From: an uncultured virus (IMG/VR IMGVR_UViG_3300001765_000045)
Taxonomy: Duplodnaviria > Heunggongvirae > Uroviricota > Caudoviricetes
Direction: 5' to 3' (one strand)
IMG/VR virus record: IMGVR_UViG_3300001765_000045
DNA length: 64,000 nt
This document shows positions 42,334 through 52,760 of the stretch, piece by piece. Position 1 is the first letter of the stretch; every line of letters begins with the position of its first letter. The position numbers and the translations under genes are program-made. A model generated the notes under the pieces. The model was not told where the DNA came from and did not search any database. It was given only the letters and a program-made list of their open reading frames with translations.

Positions 42334-43890
42334 TTAAATTCCTAATACAAAATCTTCAAACGTAACATCCGTCATATCCCCTTTAATAATACCAACTAAC
42401 ATAGGACGTACAGAGCCAGTACCATCAGCATCATAATAAAGATAACCGATGGTTTTATTGTATATGATATAATCATTTGCATCTTTTGCTGTAATAACAT
42501 TACCAGTGATAAGTACATTATCAGCTGTAATACCATTAACTAAAGATGTAAAATAATTTTTATTTAATACAATTTGATCCTCGTTACGAAAATCATTAAC
42601 AACTGTTGACGGATTTAGGGTATTAAAAACGAATGTATCGGCACCATTCCCTCCGAAAATATTATCTTTACCGGTACTTGTGATGATTATATCGTCACCA
42701 TTATTACCTTTGATAATATCATTACCACCGTATCCATTCATCACGTCAGAACGGATAGAACCGTTTAAAGTGTTGTTGTAACTATTTCCTTTGACAGTTA
42801 CAACGGTAGGTACAGTAAATGTACCAGTGGTAATAACAGGAACATTGATATTTAAACTAGAAGTGGCTATTGTCAGATTATTAAATTTTACATACTCTAT
42901 ATTTAAAAGAGTATCAATATCTAAACCTTTCTTAACCACATAACCATCCGCAGTTTTACCTATAAAATACTCATTACTATCACCAGTGTATCTTATAGTA
43001 TCATCTCCTAGCCCGCCATCGAAAACATTAGAAGCGTTGTTACCAATAAAAATATCGTTTTTATTACCACCAATGGCATTTTCAATAACTACTCCTCTAC
43101 CAATCACCATTGCTTTAATTCCACCGTACGTGTTAATTCCCTCCTCATTAAGATTGATAGTAAATGGGATACTCATATTCTCATAACTAAGAGTATCAAT
43201 GCCTCCTGAATCATATATAGTAAAACCCTCGGCATAAGCAACAGCAGTAAATCCATACGAGTTATTTCCTGATGTAGCTACTGTATTGACACCATACAAA
43301 TATTGTATAGCATCTATATCAGTTTGCATTAGGCCAGTTACATTAGCATCAAAAGAATCATTACCGTTGTAATAGTATGCCATCATACTATTTTCACGAT
43401 ATACAGAGGTATTTGCATTAGCTCCTTCAAATGGGTGCTTAAGTCCAAGCGCATGACCAATTTCATGTACTATCGTACTCATACCCTCGCTACTGGATAA
43501 TTCAATTTGGTCTATACGTATACGGTTTGATATAATAATATCGCCACCTATGCCGTTCGATATACCACTTATACCACTCTGTACTAATTCCCCTTTACCA
43601 AAACGAAGATCTGAAGTACCAGATACTTCTGTAAATTGTACATGTGCTATATCTGAATACAACTTTAATGCATTAATTATTGCTGCTTTTTCAGCGGCAG
43701 TAAATGGGGTAGTGGATGTTACGTGATTACCCCATTTACTCAAATCAGGGTCTGTAAAACTAAATGTAAGTCTAACAATTTTATCATTATCAGCACTCCA
43801 GATGAGTCCAGTGTTATTATAGCTATTTGCTATCAATGAGTCTACAAATGCAATACCTGATAAAGGTTTTCCAGCAACTAAATTTGTCAT
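42334..43890 (-). CDS. Serralysin-like M10 zinc metalloprotease with RTX Ca-binding repeats
   Basis: HEIGHALGLKH, Met-turn SMMAY, DIDAIQYLYG, IENAIGG, GGxGxD repeats, LYYDADG tail. Confidence 0.9.
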   Translation of the reverse strand: MTNLVAGKPLSGIAFVDSLIANSYNNTGLIWSADNDKIVRLTFSFTDPDLSKWGNHVTSTTPFTAAEKAAIINALKLYSDIAHVQFTEVSGTSDLRFGKGELVQSGISGISNGIGGDIIISNRIRIDQIELSSSEGMSTIVHEIGHALGLKHPFEGANANTSVYRENSMMAYYYNGNDSFDANVTGLMQTDIDAIQYLYGVNTVATSGNNSYGFTAVAYAEGFTIYDSGGIDTLSYENMSIPFTINLNEEGINTYGGIKAMVIGRGVVIENAIGGNKNDIFIGNNASNVFDGGLGDDTIRYTGDSNEYFIGKTADGYVVKKGLDIDTLLNIEYVKFNNLTIATSSLNINVPVITTGTFTVPTVVTVKGNSYNNTLNGSIRSDVMNGYGGNDIIKGNNGDDIIITSTGKDNIFGGNGADTFVFNTLNPSTVVNDFRNEDQIVLNKNYFTSLVNGITADNVLITGNVITAKDANDYIIYNKTIGYLYYDADGTGSVRPMLVGIIKGDMTDVTFEDFVLGI

Positions 43891-43982
43891 GATATTTCTC
43901 CTGAATAGATTAGTTTCGTTACAGTTAACGATTGACTAACTACTCTCATCTATAGTATATATGACGCATTTTTTATAGAAAG
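43891..43982 (-). promoter_or_regulatory. Promoter + stem-loop leader + RBS module, copy D
   Basis: TATATACTATAGATGA-GAGTAGTTAG..TCGTTA-ACTG-TAACGA..CTAATCTATTC-AGGAG. Confidence 0.8.
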
Positions 43983-44064
43983 TATATTAAGCAAAAAATA
44001 TGAACACACGCTCTATAGGACTTATAAGTCCTATAGAATGTGTTTATTCTTATTGTTTTTTTGG

Positions 44065-44253
44065 TTAACTAATAATACCCGACAAAGCGGCTAGATACAT
44101 TCGTATTTTATGCCTACTAGCTTTATCCTCAGAAGACATAGTTTTTTCTATTTCTATTTCTCTTTGTTTCCTAGTCTCTTCTTCCAACTGTATTTTATTT
44201 ATACCTTGAGTTATTCTCTCCTTAAGTGTCCCTCTTAATTTAGCTTGACCCAT
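44065..44253 (-). CDS. Small hypothetical protein
   Basis: MGQAKLRG N-terminus, GGAG RBS. Confidence 0.65.
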   Translation of the reverse strand: MGQAKLRGTLKERITQGINKIQLEEETRKQREIEIEKTMSSEDKASRHKIRMYLAALSGIIS

Positions 44254-44286
44254 TTTAATTCTCCATAAAAAACCTGTGATAGATAT

Positions 44287-44490
44287 TTATTTTAAAATGT
44301 TATCTATTATTTTAAACTCTGATTTAGTAATTACTATATTACATTTATAATCTCCGATATTTCTATTTTTTAAACTACTGATACCAACATATTCACATGC
44401 TTGTTTAGATAAATCTAAATCATTATCAATATTTACATAATGAGATATGATATCACCGTTAAGATAAAATAGTAAAAGTATATATTTCAT
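44287..44490 (-). CDS. Hypothetical protein
   Basis: 67-aa ORF in a co-oriented run. Confidence 0.5.
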   Translation of the reverse strand: MKYILLLFYLNGDIISHYVNIDNDLDLSKQACEYVGISSLKNRNIGDYKCNIVITKSEFKIIDNILK

Positions 44491-44503
44491 AATTATCTTT
44501 AAT

Positions 44504-44794
44504 TTAAATTATTTTAGATATAGGAGATGTTTTTTCTGACAACTTTTTATACCTATTGACTAAATCATTGTGCACATGTATATTACAACGTAATGTCCAT
44601 TCATCAATAACACCATTATTATCTATATATCCTATAACTGTAACAGTTCTCATAACACCAGAATACAATTCCTCGGTTCTTTCTATAGAAAATATATTTA
44701 GTTTACTGAGATCAACAAAAACCTGGGCCAAATTATTAATTTCAGAGTCATTTAAATCAGTGTTACCATTCTTTTTACTAAACAATGCAAACAT
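44504..44794 (-). CDS. Hypothetical protein
   Basis: 96-aa ORF with GAGG RBS. Confidence 0.6.
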   Translation of the reverse strand: MFALFSKKNGNTDLNDSEINNLAQVFVDLSKLNIFSIERTEELYSGVMRTVTVIGYIDNNGVIDEWTLRCNIHVHNDLVNRYKKLSEKTSPISKII

Positions 44795-44847
44795 TAAATA
44801 CCTCTTTTTACTCTAAGTTAAAAAAATAGATTAAACTTTTTAACAAT

Positions 44848-45489
44848 TTACCATTTAGCGATTAAGTCATTTTTATAACCTATAGTGATTTGTCTAGATG
44901 ACTGATACATTATTTCACCATTACTAGGGTATAACATAAGATGAGGAACATTAGCCGCATATTTTTTATCATTGCCTTCTTTAAAATCTTTTCTTTTAAT
45001 GGCTTTTAGATAATAATCTCGAATAGTTCCTTGGTATTTCTTTACCTGATCTTCTAAAAATAACCTAAACTTACCTACTTCGCCATCATTTCTTTTTCTT
45101 TTGTACTTTTTTAACATATAATCGTAGAAAAAATCGTCTGTATCTATCCAGTTAGTAGCATCTAATATTTTAACATCATTAGGAGTTTCAACTACTTCGT
45201 ATTTAATATTCTTTTCTAGAGATAAAAAGTCTACACGATATTCATAAAGTGTATTACCATTAAACCAAACATGGTGATTACTGTCTTTAAATAAATCTCC
45301 TATGATATCAAAAGGTATAGGATCCATAAAAAATGATATATGATCAATATACGGTCCTAGTCTACTAGTTAACCTAGCTAAATCTTCAGCTTCTTTAATT
45401 TCTTCTTTACTTAATTTTTTATCACTTAACCTTTTAGTTAATAGTGTATTATATTTTGTATTACCTGGTCCATAATGGTATAATAGCAT
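44848..45489 (-). CDS. Conserved jumbo-phage hypothetical protein
   Basis: MLLYHY..YIDHISFF..YAANVPHLMLYP; ends in W. Confidence 0.65.
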   Translation of the reverse strand: MLLYHYGPGNTKYNTLLTKRLSDKKLSKEEIKEAEDLARLTSRLGPYIDHISFFMDPIPFDIIGDLFKDSNHHVWFNGNTLYEYRVDFLSLEKNIKYEVVETPNDVKILDATNWIDTDDFFYDYMLKKYKRKRNDGEVGKFRLFLEDQVKKYQGTIRDYYLKAIKRKDFKEGNDKKYAANVPHLMLYPSNGEIMYQSSRQITIGYKNDLIAKW

Positions 45490-45545
45490 ATTAAATCACT
45501 TGTTTAAAAATCACCATAAGATAATATGAATAAAGAAAAAAACTC

Positions 45546-45571
45546 TCTAACTAGTTTAATAGCTAGGTAGA
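45546..45571. repeat. Hairpin/terminator core, inverted copy of 48918-48943
   Basis: Its reverse complement matches 48918-48943 at 24/26 positions. Confidence 0.75.
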
Positions 45572-45611
45572 GAGTTTTTTCTATTTTATCATGACAAATA
45601 CACTGTATTTT

Positions 45612-48600
45612 TTAATTATTTAACGTCATTTTTTTCATTTCATAAATAAGAGACTCTCTTATATCATATAATTCATTAAGACGTGTTAATGCTTCTTCAA
45701 TATAACCATTTGTACGAAGATGACATAATTCATCAGCTAATAGATGTACTTGTTCATGTAATTTATTAATAACGATATATCCGGATGTAAATCTATGTCC
45801 CGTTAGAAGTTCAGAATTTAACCATTTACCTAATAAACAATCTTTAGAATCCATGTCCATTAAAACTGTATTTTTACCTTTAATATAATCTATTTTATTC
45901 ATAATCCAGATACGGTGCTCTATTATAGCATGTAATATTTTCCGGTTATTATAACTTATTTCTTTACAATTTACCCAAGATGGTGGACTACTCCAGTTTA
46001 TCACCCATTCATGTATTTGATTACCTGGCATTGGTTTAGCAATACCATAACCTTGTGCCAGATTACAACCTAATTGTAGTAATACTTCACCATGTTCTAT
46101 TAACTCTACACCTTCAGCAATAACTGTACAATGAAAAGCATTGGCTAAATTAATTATACCTTCTAAAATAGATAAATCGTCTGCATCATTAAGCATATTA
46201 TAAACAAAACTTTTATCAATTTTGAGTATTTTAACTGGTAAACGTTTTAGATATGTTAATGATGAATAACCTGTACCAAAATCATCTAAAGAAAATATTA
46301 TACCTAAACTACGAATTTCTTCAATTAATGCAGATGCTCTAGCAATATCTTTTAATACAGTAGTTTCTAATACTTCAATTTCTAAATCACCTGAACAAGT
46401 ATCTGGATGCTCTATTAATAGTTTACGTAAGTATTGAACAAAATCTAATTGTTGCAATTGGATTGCACTGACATTAACACTAATTGGAAGTTTTAACCCA
46501 ATAGAACGCCAGATATCCATTTGAACTAAAGCAGTTTTGATAACCCATTTTCCAATTTCGGTTGCTAATGGATGATCTTCAATAACTTGTAAAAATGATA
46601 CTGGTCCTAATATCCCATTTTCTGGGTGATTCCAACGAATCAATGCTTCAACACCAATTACTACACCACTACGCATATTAACTTTTGGTTGATAATATAA
46701 TACAAATTCATTATTTGCTAATGCATTACGTATATGTTCAATTTTTACATTATTACCTCTCATATTACGATCAGTTATTTCATCAAATATATGATATCGA
46801 TTTTTACCAGTTAATTTAGCTTGATACATTGCTTGATCAGCTTGACGATATAATTGATCTGCATCAAGATTTTCTTCTTGTGGGTAAAATGTAACACCTA
46901 AACTAGCTGTTACATTTAAGAGAAATCCGTCAATAACTACTTGTTCAGAAACAGACATAAGTAAACGATTAATTATAGGAATACTATTTTGAATATTAAT
47001 TAAATCAACTAATACAATAATAAATTCATCACCACCAATACGAGCTAAAGTATCACCATCACGCATAATATTTTTCATTCGTGTCGATAATGAAATTAAT
47101 AAAGAATCACCTACTTTATGACCGTATTCATCATTAACTATTTTAAAACCGTCTAAATCAAGAAAAATTACAGCCAACATATTATTATGTCTATGTGTTT
47201 GAGATATTGCGTATTGTAATCGATCAGCTAATAATACACGATTCGGCAAATGTGTTAACATATCATAATGGGCAATATGTTCAAGATATTCTTGTTGTTT
47301 TTTAATTGAAGTAATATCAGAAAATAAACCAATGTAATTTTGAATACCACCATTTTCATCACATATAGAACTTATAGTTAATGTTTCTATAACTATCTGT
47401 CCATTTTTATGTTGGTTCCATATTTCCCCAGACCAATACCCTTTATTTAAAATATCTTTCCACATAGCGTCATAAAATTTTTTATCATGCTTTTTGGAAT
47501 TAAGTATACGTGGGTTCTTACCTATAACTTCTTCACGACTATAACCAGTGATATTAGTAAAAGCATTATTAACATCAAGAATATTAGCATTTAAATCTGT
47601 TATAGTAATGCCTTCACGCGCATGTGTAAAAACACTGGCTGCAAGACGCATAGCTTTTTCAGCTTTCTTTTGTTCTGTCACATTAGTCAAAATACAATGA
47701 GTGCGTAGAAAATTACCATTATTATCATAACTAATACGACCATTTACTTCCATTAATTTTATATCACCATTTTTACATTTAAATTCAAAAACTGGTCCAT
47801 TAACACTACCTTCATCTTTAAATCTAGGAAATTGGGTAGTAAATGAACAATTTGAATTAGTAGTAATAAAGTTATTAAATAGATAACCTATAACTTCACG
47901 CCGTTCATAACCTAATTGATTTAACCATTCTTGATTAATATCGAGAAATGAACCATCTATATTTAGAGATTGATAAGCTAATGGTGCTTGTTCAAACATT
48001 TCTCGAAATAAATGTTCACTCTCACGTAATGATTCTTCCATTTGTTTACGCTCGGTAATATTGATAATAATACCAAGATAACCTTGAATATTATTAAGTG
48101 GATCAAAAAGTGGCTCAGCATGCCCAGTGATCCATGTTATATTATCTTGTTTAGTCATAAAACGACATTCCCAATCCCAAGATATTCCAGCAGCAACTGC
48201 TGCATACCAACCATCAAATATTTTTTGTTTATCATCAGGATGCATTGTTTGACCCCAACCCTGTCCAAAAACTTTATCAGCTGATACTCCAGTTATTTCA
48301 CACCAACGAGGATTAACAAATATACAATCACCGTTTATATCTGTTTGAAAAATACCTACTGGTGAATGAGTAGTAATTATTCTATATTGTTCTTCACTTT
48401 TCCTTAATTTTTCTTCTGCTTTCTTGCGGTCAGTAATATCTTCACCAGCTGATAAGCTACCTATAATTTCACCATTTTTATTATAAATAACATTATTATG
48501 CCAAGCAATCAATCGTTCTTTACCACAGTTAGTACATACAGCATTTTCATGGTATTCTGAATTAGCTATATCACCTGACATTACTTTTTTAAATAACTCA

Positions 48601-48863
48601 CGCATTTTACTAATATCTGAAATGCTGGATATACATGTAAAAAACCAATCTTGACCAAGTAATTCATCTTCATTATAACCTAGAATTTCACAAGCTTTAC
48701 GGTTAACTAATGTAATTTGTCCTTTAGAATTAAGTGCAATAATCATTGCCTCTACAGTTTCTAAGATATTATTAGTACTATCATGTTCTAATTTTAAATC
48801 AATGACAGTTTGGTCATATTCATCAATATCAGAATTTATAGAATTTAACTTATTATTTTGCAT
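45612..48863 (-). CDS. PAS x4 - GGDEF - EAL - CZB c-di-GMP cyclase/phosphodiesterase
   Basis: D.LT.LPNR, DLDGFK, I-site RDGD, GGDEF, EAL, DDFGTGYSS, KIDKSF, EGVE, QGY; CZB pattern H..W..CLLGKW..H..VH. Confidence 0.95.
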   Translation of the reverse strand: MQNNKLNSINSDIDEYDQTVIDLKLEHDSTNNILETVEAMIIALNSKGQITLVNRKACEILGYNEDELLGQDWFFTCISSISDISKMRELFKKVMSGDIANSEYHENAVCTNCGKERLIAWHNNVIYNKNGEIIGSLSAGEDITDRKKAEEKLRKSEEQYRIITTHSPVGIFQTDINGDCIFVNPRWCEITGVSADKVFGQGWGQTMHPDDKQKIFDGWYAAVAAGISWDWECRFMTKQDNITWITGHAEPLFDPLNNIQGYLGIIINITERKQMEESLRESEHLFREMFEQAPLAYQSLNIDGSFLDINQEWLNQLGYERREVIGYLFNNFITTNSNCSFTTQFPRFKDEGSVNGPVFEFKCKNGDIKLMEVNGRISYDNNGNFLRTHCILTNVTEQKKAEKAMRLAASVFTHAREGITITDLNANILDVNNAFTNITGYSREEVIGKNPRILNSKKHDKKFYDAMWKDILNKGYWSGEIWNQHKNGQIVIETLTISSICDENGGIQNYIGLFSDITSIKKQQEYLEHIAHYDMLTHLPNRVLLADRLQYAISQTHRHNNMLAVIFLDLDGFKIVNDEYGHKVGDSLLISLSTRMKNIMRDGDTLARIGGDEFIIVLVDLINIQNSIPIINRLLMSVSEQVVIDGFLLNVTASLGVTFYPQEENLDADQLYRQADQAMYQAKLTGKNRYHIFDEITDRNMRGNNVKIEHIRNALANNEFVLYYQPKVNMRSGVVIGVEALIRWNHPENGILGPVSFLQVIEDHPLATEIGKWVIKTALVQMDIWRSIGLKLPISVNVSAIQLQQLDFVQYLRKLLIEHPDTCSGDLEIEVLETTVLKDIARASALIEEIRSLGIIFSLDDFGTGYSSLTYLKRLPVKILKIDKSFVYNMLNDADDLSILEGIINLANAFHCTVIAEGVELIEHGEVLLQLGCNLAQGYGIAKPMPGNQIHEWVINWSSPPSWVNCKEISYNNRKILHAIIEHRIWIMNKIDYIKGKNTVLMDMDSKDCLLGKWLNSELLTGHRFTSGYIVINKLHEQVHLLADELCHLRTNGYIEEALTRLNELYDIRESLIYEMKKMTLNN

Positions 48864-48917
48864 GTTAAACCACCTATTTATAATTCACCACAAAATAACA
48901 AAATTTTAAATAGAACA

Positions 48918-48943
48918 TCTACTTAGCTATTAAACTAGGTAGA
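48918..48943. repeat. Hairpin/terminator core, inverted copy of 45546-45571
   Basis: tctacttagctattaaactaggtaga. Confidence 0.75.
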
Positions 48944-49044
48944 TGTTCTATTCAACTATTTTTTATATAACTATTTACACTTTGTAGCATTTACACTATC
49001 TATAACAAAATCATATAATAGTTTAGCCATGTTACTAACCTTTT

Positions 49045-51084
49045 TCACCAATTGTTAAAAATACCTGATATAGGTATATTACTTAATTCACCAGATTCTA
49101 ATGCAACTGAACAATGTTCCATAGAAACAGATTCAGTTTCATCTAAATCATCACCACCTTGTATACCAACTATAGCATTAACTTGATCTTTAGACCATTG
49201 CATTATATCTATAGTACGACTACAAATATTAGGTTCAACTCCAGTTATTAGATTTAAGTTAAATATTCTAGTTTGTGTAGTAGATCCTAGTCTATGTATA
49301 CGAGCTATAGTTTGATCCATCACATACTGTCTAAATGGAGGATTAATAATAACCATAGTATCTGCCATGATCAATGGTACAGCTGTTGATAGTGACGCAT
49401 ATGTAGCTACTAAAGGATTAAATTCTTTCTTTTTCTCAAACTTATCTACTATACTAGGTAAATCTTTAGTATATATCCCATACACAGCTAATGGATTATA
49501 ATCTTGATTTTTAAGTGTTTTTAATATTTGATCTATAACTTCAACATATGTTGTAAATATAACAGTTTTCTTTTCAGTTGATTCTATATACGGTGAAAAG
49601 TCAAACTCTTTAACCATATCCCTAAAAGCATTAACACGTTTTCTAGTTAATATTCTACCTAAACATTCACCACGTACTTTTAGTTTAAGATATTTAACTA
49701 ATGTTTTAGCGTGGAGGAATTTTTCTTTATCTGTTCTATCAAGCATAGGAACTAATACTGTCTTCTCATAATTAGTACAGTACTTCATTTCGTCTGTTAC
49801 TATATATAGAGAACCTCTTTTATATGCTTTGATAATTAACTCTAAATTATCTTTATACTTATTAAAACTATTATGACCTTGTTTATCATTAAATGATAAT
49901 GTTTCTTTGTATCTATCTAAGATGCTATAAAAGAACTGTTTAGCTTCTGGTAATTCTTTCTCTAGTTCTTTTGTTCTAACTGTAGTAAATGCAGCCATTT
50001 CGTTAGCTATAGTAGTTAGAGTATAATCTTGCCCATTAGGTATAGTTACTTCTATATTACTATTGATAGGTTCTTTTAGATTCATTATCTTTTTACTAAC
50101 TTTATAACTAACTATATTATAACGACGACTTAGAACTTCTGTAGTAGCCTGTACTTCACCAGCAAACATCTTTTTAAAGGCTTCTAGGACCTCGTCAGTG
50201 AACAAAGGATCTATAGTCTTAAAGAGGGGTATGGTTTCAACACTAAGGGCCTTAATAGGGGTTCCTGTGGCGAATATGATTTTAGCATTTTTCAGTGAAT
50301 TACAGAAATCAATAAACCTAAGTGTTCTAAGAGATTTAATTTCATTAAGATTGTGTGACTCATCTAGAATGATAGTTACCTTTTTATCTTTTAACTTTTC
50401 AACTAAGTCAAAAGCATATGGGAGAGCTTCATAATGTATGACAGCAGCTTTTTCATCTCGATACGGTCTATCACTATCTTTACTCCAACAAGACTGTGGA
50501 TTCTTATACAGACCATTATTAGCTGGTGTATTAGCTATGCTAGCTACCCATACTCTATGAACAGCGGGCTTAGGACAAATTACAATTATATTATCTGAGT
50601 GTAAACATTCTGCTATAGCTAATGAGGTAAATGTTTTTCCTGTACCTGGGTCAGCTGCAAGCATCATACCGTTTAAATTATACCTAGGAATAGTATAATC
50701 AAACCTCTCCATAAACTTCTGTTGATAATCTAAAGGAGTAAAATGGAATTTCTTAAGCTGGTTATAATCTAATAGACTTGGATGATTAACTTCCATGTTA
50801 CGTAACCAAGTATTTCTAAGTAGTTCTTGTTTTATACCTAATAATGTTCTTTTAGAACTAATTAAACTATTGTCACTATTTAATAGAATATCAATAATAT
50901 GATATAATTCTAGTGCAAAAAAACTGTGTATACTAAAAGAGAAACTACCTGTTCTCTTAAACATATACTTATTAACTCTAGTAGTATTAAAGACTTTATA
51001 AATATCTTCTTGTATCTTTCTACTACTGATATAATCAACAGTTATAATATTACGATTTTCTCGAACAGTTGCTAACGTAAACAT
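49045..51084 (-). CDS. SNF2-like SF2 helicase
   Basis: DPGTGKT, DESH, ATGTP, QTIARIHRLG; C-terminal SME/ALE sites. Confidence 0.88.
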   Translation of the reverse strand: MFTLATVRENRNIITVDYISSRKIQEDIYKVFNTTRVNKYMFKRTGSFSFSIHSFFALELYHIIDILLNSDNSLISSKRTLLGIKQELLRNTWLRNMEVNHPSLLDYNQLKKFHFTPLDYQQKFMERFDYTIPRYNLNGMMLAADPGTGKTFTSLAIAECLHSDNIIVICPKPAVHRVWVASIANTPANNGLYKNPQSCWSKDSDRPYRDEKAAVIHYEALPYAFDLVEKLKDKKVTIILDESHNLNEIKSLRTLRFIDFCNSLKNAKIIFATGTPIKALSVETIPLFKTIDPLFTDEVLEAFKKMFAGEVQATTEVLSRRYNIVSYKVSKKIMNLKEPINSNIEVTIPNGQDYTLTTIANEMAAFTTVRTKELEKELPEAKQFFYSILDRYKETLSFNDKQGHNSFNKYKDNLELIIKAYKRGSLYIVTDEMKYCTNYEKTVLVPMLDRTDKEKFLHAKTLVKYLKLKVRGECLGRILTRKRVNAFRDMVKEFDFSPYIESTEKKTVIFTTYVEVIDQILKTLKNQDYNPLAVYGIYTKDLPSIVDKFEKKKEFNPLVATYASLSTAVPLIMADTMVIINPPFRQYVMDQTIARIHRLGSTTQTRIFNLNLITGVEPNICSRTIDIMQWSKDQVNAIVGIQGGDDLDETESVSMEHCSVALESGELSNIPISGIFNNW

Positions 51085-51090
51085 ATAAAA

Positions 51091-51627
51091 TTATTCCCAT
51101 TTAAAAATAATATTATCACTAAGTTTTTTTCTTAGGACATTTTTCCATGAATCTGTTGAGTTTATATAATTAACTTCATTTGTAAAATTATGTAAACCAG
51201 CGTCACTAAGTTTTACTATAGCTATATTTTTATGTGTTTTTATAAAATTAGTGGTAATAAGTTTTATCAATTCTTCTATTGAAAAATAAGGTCCATGGAT
51301 ACCTGTGTATTTATACCACGCCCATTCAAACCAATAATAATTATTTTTCTTGTCTTTATAAATAAGTGTGGAATGAGTAACTGTTTCAGAGTTATATAAG
51401 TTATTATTTGTCATATACAATGTTTGACAAATATAACCAAGTTTAGTTAGTTCTAAATTTGCTAATTCTGTAGTTTCCCAACAATGCCCGACTTTATCTT
51501 TTACAACCTGTTCAGGTGATCTTAAATAACCTTTATGCGCACCCTCATAGGTTAAATTTTTATTCATCCATTTTAATAAATCTTCTGGATTTTTACTCTT
51601 TGTTAAAAAAGACAGTATTGATGACAC
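51091..51627 (-). CDS. Transglutaminase-like cysteine protease domain protein
   Basis: SPEQV..GHCWE, HSTL, WFEW catalytic-triad pattern. Confidence 0.65.
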   Translation of the reverse strand: MSSILSFLTKSKNPEDLLKWMNKNLTYEGAHKGYLRSPEQVVKDKVGHCWETTELANLELTKLGYICQTLYMTNNNLYNSETVTHSTLIYKDKKNNYYWFEWAWYKYTGIHGPYFSIEELIKLITTNFIKTHKNIAIVKLSDAGLHNFTNEVNYINSTDSWKNVLRKKLSDNIIFKWE

Positions 51628-51730
51628 ATTATCACCTTAGTTAAAATATTAGTCCAATCTATTGCATAAGTGAATATATTACAACATCTCTAGGAAACCA
51701 TAAAGGTCCTAGAGATGTTGTAATATGTTT

Positions 51731-52216
51731 TTAACAATAGAATTTACTATATGTAACAAAATCAAATTTTAAATCTTCTTGTTGATTATTTATTCTTTTT
51801 CTTTCTACCCATCTATTTTTATCTATTTCTGGAAAAAAAGAATCACCGTCAAATTTAGCAAAGACTTCAGTAATGTATAAAACATCTGCATAGTTAATAA
51901 ATTCTTGATATACTTGTGCTCCACCGATAATATAAATGTCTTGTTTATTAGCTAAAGATAAAACTTCTGATTTATTCATGTAACGAAAACCGTCTTTTTC
52001 TTCAGGGTTATTTGTAAGAACTATATTATCCCTATAAGGTAACGGCTTCCCTTCTGTATATTCCATTATTGAATTATAAGTATTTTTTCCCATTATAATA
52101 GTTTTACTACTAGTTATACTTTTAAAATGCTTTAGATCTTCTGAAATATGCCAAAGAAGTTTATTATCTTTTCCAATAATATTACCTTCTGACATTGCGG
52201 CTATCATATAAATCAA
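51731..52216 (-). CDS. folA: Dihydrofolate reductase
   Basis: IGKDNKLLWHISEDLKHF, IMGKNT, PLPYRDNIVL, IIGGAQVY, GDSFFP; start placed at a TTG after the AAGGA RBS. Confidence 0.93.
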   Translation of the reverse strand: MIYMIAAMSEGNIIGKDNKLLWHISEDLKHFKSITSSKTIIMGKNTYNSIMEYTEGKPLPYRDNIVLTNNPEEKDGFRYMNKSEVLSLANKQDIYIIGGAQVYQEFINYADVLYITEVFAKFDGDSFFPEIDKNRWVERKRINNQQEDLKFDFVTYSKFYC

Positions 52217-52275
52217 ACTATTTTCCTTTAAAAAACAAAAAAATAAACCCATAACATGTATGGGTTTATTTAATA

Positions 52276-52686
52276 TTAATGAATATCTCTTACATATACA
52301 TTAAACTCATTATCTTCTTTGACATAGATTAGTACTTCTGTACTGACCAACTCGGTATCATCTAATATGATAGAAGCTTCCTCTATTGTGTTATACTCCC
52401 CATACTTAATATACAAATCTCCTTCTAAATAATATGTCACAAATTCATTATTATTCGATGGCGGCTCATTCATATTAGGTGTAACACATTCTTTTATGAA
52501 ATAATCAATACGATCTTCTAATTCATCTGTATTAGTATTATCTAACAAAGGTGAATCATAATATTCACTATACAACTTAAGAAAATAAGCACCAGGTGAA
52601 GTAGTTAACTCTATTTTAACTTCTTCAAATTGTCTGATATCTTCAATAATTTCTTCTGGGGTATATTTACTCATCGAATTTTCCAA
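52276..52686 (-). CDS. Acidic hypothetical protein
   Basis: ORF of about 130 aa. Confidence 0.6.
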   Translation of the reverse strand: MENSMSKYTPEEIIEDIRQFEEVKIELTTSPGAYFLKLYSEYYDSPLLDNTNTDELEDRIDYFIKECVTPNMNEPPSNNNEFVTYYLEGDLYIKYGEYNTIEEASIILDDTELVSTEVLIYVKEDNEFNVYVRDIH

Positions 52687-52760
52687 TATAACTATTTAAA
52701 TTGTTAAAAAAATATTAAGAGAACATTAGAACTAATTGTTTCTAGTGTTTTCTGCCGCAA

